Of a stretch of DNA of 49,781 bases, positions 35,761-46,449 are shown one piece after another. The stretch covers positions 64,816,610 to 64,866,390 of the forward strand of contig NC_068985.1 of assembly GCF_001194135.2 (NCBI RefSeq), read 5' to 3'. The position numbers and the translations under genes were made by a program. The notes below the pieces were generated by a model, which had not been told where the DNA came from, did not search any database, and saw nothing but the letters and a program-made list of their open reading frames with translations. Positions within the stretch are counted from its first letter, which is position 1. Each line of letters starts with the position of its first letter. Origin of the DNA: Octopus bimaculoides. Taxonomy: Eukaryota.

Positions 35761-35782
35761 TTCAGCAGTGAGTTATATATGG

Positions 35783-36068
35783 CACATGGCTTAGTGGTTA
35801 GAGCATTAATTCCTGGACCAGGCTGTGTGTTGTGTTCTTGACCAAGACACTTTATTTCATGTTGGTCCAGTTCACTCAGCTGTAGAAATGAGTTGCAATG
35901 TCACTGGTGTTAAACTGTATCAGCCTTTGCCTTTTCCTTGGGTAACATCAGTGGCATGGAGAGGGGAGGGTGGTATGCATGGGCGACTGCTGGTCTTCCA
36001 TTAATATCTTTGCCTGGACTTGTGCCCTGGAGGGTAACTTTCTAGGTGCAATCCCATGGTAATTCATA
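35783..36068 (+). mobile_element. tRNA-headed SINE (third family), internally deleted head
   Basis: ggcacatggcttagtggttagagc, core tgttcttgaccaagacactttatttcatgttggtccagttcactcagctgtag, and tail ggagggtaactttctaggtgcaatcccatgg. Confidence 0.75.
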
Positions 36069-36069
36069 T

Positions 36070-39000
36070 AGTTGTATCACCATTTGTTATAACAATGCTT
36101 TTTACACTATAACCGTGTAGTAATAATAAAACATATAACAAAGCAGGGTAACAACAATGTTACAATCCAACAAACTCTCCATGAACTATTGTTTTTCTGT
36201 TCTAGGTTCAATCTCTTTCAGTGCTGGTACATCAAACATGTCGTAAAACACTTCCTTTGGAATTTCCTTCCTTTCTTCTGTATGTCTGATTTTTAATTAA
36301 GTGTCATTTTTGCTCCCATTATTGGCCATTTATTAAATACATCATGATTCCAATTCTTTTTATCACTACACCATACTACCAACTCTCTTCACTGTTCTTG
36401 TATACTTTGAAATGGACTGTCTCCAACATCAAAATGTTTAGTCGAATTTTTTGTATTTTCACTATGTTTTTTCCTTTGGCAACAATATATTGAAGATTGA
36501 TTTAATCTTTCGAGCAAACATCAGCTTTGCAGGTGACTTACCTGAACTGCTATTCTGATTGGGCATTATTCTGTACACTCTTCAGAATTTAGTTAGCACT
36601 TTCCTAACTTGTTCTTTGATTTTTTTAGCTTGAAAGTATCTATGAATTGATCTGTTTGCCCCTTTGACCTCGGGCAGTAGGATGGGGTAAACATGCTTGA
36701 TTGCATGCATTTTGCAGAATTTTTTGAACTCATATCCTGAAAATTTTGTTCCATTGTCCAATACTATGATGTCCAGAACACCGTATCAAACGAAAAGTTT
36801 GTGCAGGAACTTCATTGTTATCTTCACAGTAGGTTGACTGCACCTACCTACTTCTGGTTATCAATAGTGGTCAAGTAGTAGGTGCCATTCACTGGTCCAG
36901 CATAGTCTATATGTACCCTAGACCACAGACTATCCATCTCAAGTCATGATTGGTACTTTGCTTTGCTGCTAGCACACAATCTCTACATGACTTTACCAAA
37001 TTTTCAATATCATGGTCCATTGTCAGCCAATACACACAACTCCTCATCAGAGCTTTCATTCTTGATGTCTCCGAGTGTCCACTATGAAATTCATGTATAA
37101 TCTGTTTCTATAGTGCAGTTGGTATTACCATTCTTTGTATGTACATTAACACATCATCATAGAGTGAAAACTAATTTGCATTTGTGTTTCTCTTTTGTTT
37201 ATTTTTCAAGGTTTCCTTCATTTTTATGATGTATTTGTCCTCTGCAGATTGACTTTATATCTTGTACAGTCACTGCCAACTCCTGAATGACATTACACAT
37301 AATGTTTTTAATTTCCTTTTCTGATTGTAATATGGCTATCACTGTAGCTTCCAGCAGTTACACATTCTTTGGAATTAGCCTGCCTTGATAAAACAATCTG
37401 CATGGCCAGTTTTCTTAGAAGTAATGTATTCCATCTTAAAGTTATAATTTAACAATATTGTATCCAGCTTTGTAATTTGTTAGCTGAATGGGTAGGAATT
37501 CCTTTCTTTGACCCGAAAATTGATAGTAACGGTTGGTGATCTGTCTGAAGCCAAAAACTTCTACCATGGAGAAATCTGTGAGATTTCTTCATGGCAAAAA
37601 TAATCGCTAGAGCTTCTTTCTCTACCTGACAGTAGTTTTTTTCTGCTGTAATCAGAGCACATGAGGCATGAACCACTGCCTTCAAATTGCTGTCTTTATA
37701 TTTGTGTAGCAAAACTGCTCCTACGCCGTATTCAGAAGCGACAGAAGCCACAACAATCTCTGCTGCAAGATTGAAATGAGCCAGCGACAAAGCTGAAATT
37801 AATATCTTTTTAATATCCTGAAATGCCTTTTGAAAGTTATTTGACCAATTCAATTTGGCATCTTTCTTTAGCAAATTATTAAGTGGAGCTCTTAATTCAT
37901 ACATGTTTGGTATGTAATTTTGATAATAGTTCGCTAGGCCAAGAAAAGCTTGTAATGTTGCTATGTTAGTTGCATCTGCCCTCGACAGGTCAGGTTGTCT
38001 TCCATTTTTATCTATAATTTGTCCTAAATATTTAATTTTAGGCAAAATGAATTCACATTTCTCCTCACAGAATGTGAAACAGTAATCTCTTATTTTTTGA
38101 AAAACCCACTTAACATGTTCGATATGTTGATCATGAGATTCACTTTTAATACATCATTGCGGTACAGAATTGCAAATTAACTGTCTACCAACATTGCGTC
38201 CATAACCTGTTGAAATATTGCAGGTGCGACCTTCAGACCAAATGGCAATCTATTATATTTGTATAGTCTTCTGTGCATATTCACTGTCTACTTTAATTTG
38301 CAGATACACATCAGACAAATCCAGTTTCGAAAATGTTTTGCCACTATTTAATTTTGCAAAAATATCTTCCGGAGTTGTCAGTGGATAGTGGAATATTTTT
38401 AGACAGTCATTCAAACCAGTAGAAAAATCAACACGCACCCTGATTTTGTTATTTTTTTTAATACAACTAGTGTTGCCCACTTAGAATAATCTACTTTTTG
38501 AATAATTCCCATCTTCTCCAGTCTGTCTAATTCTTCCGCTACCTGCTTTATCACAACAAATGGTATCTTTCTATTTGGTTTGAATACAGGTACAACATTT
38601 TCCTTTATTTGAAAACTTTTGCTCTACAGATTTTTCACTGAAATGTTATATCACTTCACATTTCACCTACATAGTGTAGTTTTTCACCTGTCATGCCTTG
38701 TGCAAATTTTGATGTTTTTCTTAATGTAGGTTTCTCAATTCTTTTCCACGTGTCAGTATCAATAATCGAGATGTTACTACCAGTATCTAGTTGTAATTTA
38801 ATGTTCACTTGATTTACTTTTGCATGTACAAATTTCCTCTTTTTGATGTCACTTCTACTTTATGTTGAGAAAACTCTAGAATATTTTATGTTTAACCTTC
38901 CTAACTTTGCTCTGCAATGTGCGCACTTGTGTCGTATTTTTTGGAAACTGTAACATTTCCACATTTTGAAAGAATACTCTTTGAAATGTAGGCCTCTACA

Positions 39001-40139
39001 TCCATAGCATGAGTTTTATCCTAACATTTTTTGTTTATTCCTTCCTGGTCAACATGTCTGTACTTGTTAGAAATCCTTCTCTTCAATTTTTTTTTTGTGT
39101 GCGTATGCGAGTTTACCATTATTTGACACTCCTCTGCAACTGTCTGCAGGGTTAAACTCTGGTCCGCTTGTTCAAGTTTTGTGAGAATTCTTGCACGTAT
39201 CTCTGCATCTTTGTTTGCTGTAAGCCCTTGTATAAAAATGAGGCACTTAAACATATCAGGAGTTAGTTCCCTCAGCTTAAACCTTTCACACATTCAGTTT
39301 ATGGTCACAGCATACGTGACAAAGTCTTCATCCTCTCTTTTAACTAGATTCCAATACTCCCATCGAGTGTTAAATAGGGAACTCTTATCACTGAATAATT
39401 TTGAAAGTAGTTCAACTGTTTCCTGGTAGTATGAAATTACAATATTTTTCAAGTTCAACCAGCACTAATTTATATAATAATAGTCTTACTTTTTCATTGT
39501 CCATCCACTACTTGCAATCATCTCTGAAGATTTCTTCGGACCTTTTAAAGTACACTGCAAATGTTATACCCTCCTCTGGTTCATAACTGAATTCTCTTAT
39601 AGAGTTTGATATGCTGTTTGGCAAAAATGAACTTATAGTGTTTCCAGATTTCTTAAGACATAGCTCCATTAACTGTTGTTGTTTTTCTTGTTGCTGAAGA
39701 AGTTGTTTCTGCAACTCCTGTTGCTGTTTTTGCAACTGTATTATAGAAGCTAATATTGCAATTGTATTATCGAAGGTCTTCCATCATTAAAAACACTGTA
39801 TCACAAAAATTTATTAACTGACCTGCGTGAGCTTCAAATCCTCATCACCATTATTGTTGTATCGTTAATTGTTATGATGATACATTTTAACACTAACCAT
39901 GTAGTAATAATAAAACATATAATGAAGCAGAGTAACAACAATGTAACAATCCAATAAGCTCTCTATGAACTATACACAAACCAACAAATGATATTCCAAC
40001 AAACTATCAAAACAACACTTTACAACTTCCTGCAATTAATGCTTCCTTTCCCTGTTTGTCTCTCATTCAGACTGCTACTATTTAAGGTCATTTTGTCATG
40101 TCTATTCTCACAGGGGGTGTCATTACTATCACCACAACA
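36070..40139 (-). mobile_element. Ty3/gypsy LTR retrotransposon (Mag-like) with a full 5' LTR, PBS and a partial 3' LTR
   Basis: LTR 39855-40139 (tgttgt...acaaca), whose first ~120 bp are repeated at 36070-36189. PBS-like tggtgatgagg (reverse complement of 39840-39850). gag 39021-39790; protease LDTGS ~38770-38790; RT 38253-38480 (FSKLDLSDVYLQI); RNase H 37449-38045 (NYCQVEKEALAIIF, LQTDHQPL); integrase ~36200-37000. Confidence 0.92.
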
Positions 40140-41829
40140 GATACATATTTATATATAAATGCTACCATCATCATCATCATCATCATTTAAGGTCTTTTTT
40201 CCATACTGCAATGGTTTGACAGGTTCAGTTGAGCTGCAGAACTGCATCAAGCTCCACTATCGGCTTTGGTATGGTTTCTGTTACTTGATACCCTTCCTAA
40301 TGCTAAATGCTTCATAGTGTGTACTGGGTGCTTTTTCATGCACTCGTGAGGTCACCCAGTAAGCTGCAAGACAATAAAATGAAAAGGATGGAAAAGAAAA
40401 AAGCCTCCTTAGCTAAGTGAGAATGTACTTAAGAAAGGAATAGGTGGCTTAAGGAAAGGGTGAGTCATTTCATAAAGTGTAAGAGGAGATTGACAGATGG
40501 TTAGTGATGAGTCTAGAGGTGGATGTAGTGAATGACAAATAAGGGTGGAAGTGGTTGATGGTAAATATCAGTATGGAGGGTGGGAGATGAGAGAAATAGA
40601 AGTGGCTCAGGAAAGCAAAGTCGACAAGCAATGGCTCAAGACATGTAGAGAGAAGCAGTATCATAAATCTGTGGATAGATCAGAAAGTAGGGAGCTGACA
40701 TACAGGGCATGAGGTGGCTATAGTGAGTAGGACAACAAAGCCTGGGGACTTTGATGGCAGTGTTGAGAATGGTAGCAGGTTAGATGTATAGCAGAATATT
40801 AACAGATAAGGTATGGCAGACTGAAGATGTAGCACAGATGGGAGGGAGAGATAACTGAAGGCACAGAAAAATGGTGATTGGTAGAAAGTTGTATGGGAAA
40901 GGATGATAATGAAAATGAGGGATGGATTTTAAAAGAAGTGGTTTCAGGAAGTAACTGGTAGTGCAAAAGGGAAGATGAAATGTTCTATTAGAACAACTGA
41001 GTAGTGCCATAATTAGAGATGGAGGATGAGATATGGGAGAAGCCTAACATGGATAGATTGGGTTCAGTGCTAAGCAAGTACAGCATAATGCTTTCAGGAC
41101 CTCACTTTTGCTGTGACAAATGGTTTTTCTCAAGTACAATGGACTGCTGATTATCTTGGTTCTTTGACATTTCCTCCATTAGGCTCAACATCTTGAGATC
41201 AGCTTTCACTACCTCTTCTCATGTTACTCTGGTCTTCTCTCTTCTATGAGTTCTATTCAATTTAAGTGATTAGCACTTCTTTATATAGTTGTCTTCTTCC
41301 ATACACACCAAATGACCAAATCATCACAGTCTTCTCTCTTTTATGTTACATCTAATTCAACTTATATCTAATTTTTCTCTCAACATATTTGCACTTTGTC
41401 AATACATTAACATTGCACATTCTATGGAGCATATTAACTTCATTCTTCTCTGGTCTTTACATGTCATTTGCATTAAGGGCCCATATCTCACTGCCAGGTA
41501 GCATTGCTGTTCATACACATGCATCATACAATCTTCCTTTCATTCTGAGAGAGTTGCCAACAGAGGCAGTAATGGATTTCCTGTCTACACTTTTCTTGCA
41601 TATCAAGCAAAGATTGATAGGAAGATTTATCTGTTTTCTTGTTTACTAGAACTTTGGTCATTGCTAAGTTAATTTTAAGTCCCTTTGAATCCAGGTTTTG
41701 CTTCAACAGCTTGAATTACTTTTCTAATTCTACAAGATTTTGGTATAACAAGGTCATCAGCATGTTATAGTTTCCAATGGCAGTCGTCTTGGATTCCTCT
41801 GTTATGGCCTGGAGAACTATGAAAAATAG

Positions 41830-43812
41830 GGGTCTAGGTGAGTTTGTCTAAAACAAATTGTCTAAAATACAATTGATCTAAATGCAATTTGTCTAAAACA
41901 GTATTAATCTAGAAACAATTTGTCTAAAACACAATCTGATGAAAAAATTAAAATTTTCTCTTTGATGAATTCGTATTTTCTATTCATAATTTATAATTAG
42001 CTGTTAACTATTTATAAAAAAAACATTAGGATTATTTTAATTCAAAATGCATAAAAAACAAAAGATAGTACTTATGGAAAGGACTTGTTAAATCTTAAAA
42101 GGAAAGGTTATGCGCTATACCACAAACGTAATCAATAATATTTTGTGTATCAAAATTTTGAACAAGACTTTATTTGTTTTGCAGTATCTTGATAGCGCTT
42201 CTTTGGAGGTTCTGGTTCCATTTCAGCAATATACTGCTCCATCTGAATCTTGCTTAGACTTTGTTCTTTTTGTAAAAGTTGATAAATTTCCAGATGTTGG
42301 AGTGATGAGACCCAACTTGGGTTTCTAATGCTCAATGCCATCCTTCGACAGTTATTTGTTTTGGGCAAATCATCAAGAACTCTTAAATACATATTCCACA
42401 TATTTAGTGGGAAGCGAGGTGGGCATTGTGCATTCCTTCTGTTAGGCCTTCCAATTCACGTATCCTCAAAATAATTAATGGTTTCTTGTGCTTCATCAGG
42501 GAAGGTGTTGTTATCACATAATAACTCAAATGCTCTTGTTACTGTGCCTACTGGAACAAATGCTAATGCTGGTAGCATCCTCATCACTAAAGCAAAATTA
42601 GGCGTCTGTTTCATATTTTCGTTTTAAACCATTACTTTGAATTACACGAAAGATACATTAGCTGAAGTGAAAAAAGCAACCATTCTGTTCTGCACTAGGA
42701 AATTCTTTCAAAAGTGCTTTCATCATTGCTTTCTCAAAATCGATCGTTATTGACAGTGGTGCACATGATAGTTTAAGATTCTTTATCTTGTACAAAAAAG
42801 TTATATATGTTTCTTTTGTTTTGTCCAGCAATAACACAAACACAAACAGTAGTGAAACTTTCTCTTTTAATCCATGTAGGGCATGGAAATAACTGGTGAA
42901 ATAACAAAGGGACTGTTTTAAATGTGTCAAGTACATAACAGTGACTACTTAGTGATAAACACTGTAAATTGCATCTTGTCCCAAATATCACAATATGCTT
43001 TTCAACTGGTCCTGAGTGATAAATCAGAAATTGATCACCTTTAAAAGATTTAGTAAGTTCAGGTGGGAAAATTATTTCACTTCAAGTTGATGGTCGGGCT
43101 GATCCAGTAAGGGTTTGTTACCTTATAGATCTTATTGTTCTTTTAATACTTTGCACGTTTGGTAGTTTGAAGGCAACAGGTTGATCACAATCATCAAGAA
43201 CATTAGATACAACTGAATGGTTTGCATCTTGTGTTGACTTAGCCAGTTGACGTATTTTTGAAATGGCTTCTTTTGCTGCAATTTCAGTAGCATCCAATAT
43301 ATGATTGTGGACATTGGAAGATTTCACAATTTCATCCTTTGCAGTAATTATGTGAGCATGGCATTTTTTGGTGGGGGATATTTTTTGCACTTCCAATAAA
43401 CACATTCACCATTTTCACCATTCTTATAGTATGCATGTCCATTATCAACCAACTTCTTACGACCTTTTTTTGATTCAGTAAATTCAGCAGACATCTTCAG
43501 TTATGGATCTTTTCACTATGAATAATTCCAAATAAGAAATTTTTCCTAGAGAACAACTAGTTTTTTTAGTAAACAACTATTTTTATTCCATGTAATAGTA
43601 AACAACTAGTTTTATTCTATATTATCGCAAACAACTATTTATACTTTATTGAGTATAAATGAGTAAACAACTGTTCCTTTCCACAAATTCATCAAAATAG
43701 AAACAATTTTTATTTTTTAGACAAATTGTTTCAGATTAATACTGTTTTAGACAAATTGCATTTAGATCAATTGTATTTTAGACGAATTGTTTTAGACAAA
43801 CTTGCCAGATAC
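41830..43812 (-). mobile_element. MULE (Mutator-like) DNA transposon with ~140-bp TIRs and 10-bp TSD
   Basis: TIRs ~41830-41975 and ~43680-43812, built from repeated ttgtctaaaa units. TSD tgaaaaatag at 41820-41829 and 43813-43822. Confidence 0.95.
42095..43494 (-). pseudogene. FLYWCH-MULE DDE transposase, frameshifted
   Basis: MSAEFTESKKGRKKLVDNGHAYY..YWKC..CHAHI..HNH (FLYWCH-like); DTFKTVP..QL; IDFEKAMMKA..FP..GCFFH; WNMY..LPKTNN; C-terminal DYVCGIAHNLSF*. Confidence 0.9.
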
Positions 43813-45829
43813 TGAAAAATAGGTGGGGACTGAGTACCAAGCCCTGGTAAACTCTTGCTTGTACTCTAAAGTCATTACTGTACTTGTAGTTGACTTTCAC
43901 CTAACTGACAGCACTCCTGTACATGGCTTGTATGGCTCTCACAAGCCATTTATCTCCTGGTAGCTTCCTCAGACCACCAGATCACAGAACAAGAGTTCCT
44001 GCTGAAGGCTTTCGCCAGGTTGACAGATACCAAGTACAATGGTTTACTTTTAGCTAAATACTTATGCATTGTTTTACTCAGAAAAGAACATCAGTAATAC
44101 TTCTTCACACAAAACCAAACTGCATTTTATCAAGTTGATGGGCTATAACTCTATAACTTTCATGATCTGGTTCAGCAATTCAATGATACTGTAATTCTAT
44201 CTAAAGTGTCTCCTTTACCCTTGTAACAGCAGACTATAATGCTTCTACATCAGGTATCATTGGGTGTAATACCTTCTGGTACTACCTGATTAACTATATG
44301 AGTGACTAGGCCATTTCCTACTCTACTAGTTATTTTAAGCATTTCAATGTTAGCTCCTGATGGACCAAGGGCTTTCTCTGCCTCTGTAGCTTTGATTGCT
44401 TTTTCATATAGTTGTCAACTTGAATGGCTGGTCCCTCTCTTGGATCCACTTTGCAAAGATCTTTCTTCCAAGCATCTTTCATTGCTGCACTTCCATGCCT
44501 CTTTCTTTTCAAAATTACCTTGCGTAAGTATACCATTATCCATCTGTACACTCTTCTTACCAACATCTTGACTCTCTCTGATGTAGTCTTGCAATCCAGG
44601 ACACCTCAATGCCTCTGATTCTCATGCTTTACAGCATGAGAATCACCTATTTTCTGCTTCTCTATGTAAACCTATCATTAACTTCCTTTGTAGCTACCTG
44701 TTGCCACCATTTTCCCAGTCTTTCCAGGTCTCTTTGTTTCTATAGTTCTGTCAACTTCTCTGTTCCACCATCACATCACTCTTGACGTAGCTAGAACTTT
44801 ACACCAACCATAAGTCTGTAACCTTCAGTAAGTTGCCCCACATGAACTTCAATTTGTCTTCTATACTATACATCTATATACTATATATCTTACCTCATCA
44901 CTGTTCTCTTCTTATGTAGTAAATCTAATAATCCTTCAGTGATATTGAAATTTTTGTCAACTCCTCTGATAAAGACAGCACAGTAAGTAATACCTGTTAA
45001 CCCTTACTTTCAACATGTGTGCTAGAAAATTTTTCAACATCTTGAGCAGTGGTGGCCAATTGAAATAATAATATAGATTAGTTCATTTGGAACTGTGCTT
45101 GTTGCTTGTTTGGTTTGTATTGATGATTTCTGTTGATTTATTAAATTCTCCCTTCCATGGTGTGTGAATAAAATCATTATTTGAGTAACTTCAAATCTGG
45201 TTGCCCCTAAACAATTAGTAAATTTGATTTCCATTGCTGTAGCTTGCTCCCTCCATGTTTCATGTTGGCTAAATACTTTTCGTACTATTCTCTTATTCCT
45301 TCCCACTCACTATGGCTTCTTGTGCCATTCTCTGCTGCTGTTACTGCTTTTGTCTTCAGCCCAGGGAGAAGGCACCCTTCCGTAATGTCCACTTCCGACT
45401 GTAGCATATCTATAAAATACCTGACACACATGCTCCCTCCCTGTTTTTTACACAACTCATTCCAACATAGCTGGTTCTCCAACACCCAGTTATGCATTGC
45501 TAAGCTAAGATATTCTCTCATTTTTCAATCTTTTCACTCATTCATTCGCTATTAATACTTTTAATGTGTACTATTTACTAATATTCTACTTCTGTATGCT
45601 AATTATTTAAATTGACTCTTCATTATATAATTTCCTTATCTCTCTCTCTCTCTCTCTCTCTCTCAGCCTTCATTTCTCCTTAATTCTTCATGTAATTTTC
45701 TAAATGAAATCTTTCCTTCACTCCTGTGTTCTCAAGTTGGCTACATATTTTTGTACCATCTCTCTAAATTAACCCTTGCTTGTTCGTGGTGTGCCCGCCC
45801 ATCCCAGCCCTACCACCAATACCAGGTAT

Positions 45830-46332
45830 CTCTCTTCTCTCACTGGAAACCCCCTCCCTTACTTGTGGTATCCTCTATCATACTGCATCTCCCTCTCCCT
45901 CTCTCACCCCTGATACAAATGCAACTAGTTTAGCTGCACACCTACTTAATTGGCTATCTTTCATTTTAACTCAAAATTTGTCAACAAATTACTCAGTAAT
46001 TTCCATGAATGTATCGAACTGGAAAGAGAGAGCTAATGGGCTGTACATGCATGCTTATTCCTCTGTGTGTGTGTGTGCATGCATGCTTGTTCTTGTCTGT
46101 GTGCATGCTTGTCTTGTGTGTGTGTGTGTGTGTGTGTGTCCGCGTGTATGTGTGTGCTTGCTCTTGCGTGTGTTTCTGTACGTGTGTGTGAGGAGGCATG
46201 CTTTTTCCTCTCTTCTCTCACCAGAAACCTCCTCCTTTACTGGAGGTATCTCCTATCATACCTACAATTTTCCTCTCCCCCTCTCTCTCACCTGTGACAA
46301 ATGCAACTAGTCTAGCTGCCCACCTACTTAAT
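45830..46332 (+). repeat. ~125-bp direct duplication flanking a (GT)n-rich microsatellite
   Basis: ~45830-45955 resembles ~46208-46332 (tctcttctctcac..gaaac..ggtatc..tatcatac..caaatgcaactagt.tagctgc.cacctacttaat). GT-rich tract at 46065-46190. Confidence 0.75.
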
Positions 46333-46449
46333 CTAACATTGACATATTGATATTTATATTCTCCTTATCTATCTTTATTTATTTATTTATTTATAACACC
46401 AGTAATGCTTAAATTTACGATTTTACGATGTCCATAATGTTTATACTTA

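Larger units (their letters stand above)
40165..44880 (-). mobile_element. Degenerate RTE LINE (long-3'UTR type) split by a MULE insertion
   Basis: ATC tail at 40165-40186, purine-rich UTR and ORF2 end ~41090-41830 (KGLKINLAMTKVL, CLICKK). Resumes after 43812 with RT GVYQGLVLSP and KAPGP-like motifs. Removing the MULE and one TSD rejoins LSPHLFFIVLQAIT. Confidence 0.85.

Noticed and set aside
39508-39735. Glutamine-rich ORF as a host polyQ gene
   Set aside because: It is the N-terminus of the gypsy gag, lying just downstream of the PBS and continuing into gag motifs.
41830-41975. Regularly repeated short units suggesting a CRISPR-like array (also the RTE 3'UTR modules)
   Set aside because: Eukaryotic TE context. 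The units are internal repeats of a MULE TIR mirrored at 43680-43812; there are no unique spacers or cas genes.
45993-46310. Cys/Val- or His/Thr-rich ORFs (also 12396-12659 and 49530-49760)
   Set aside because: Translations of (GT/CA)n microsatellites.
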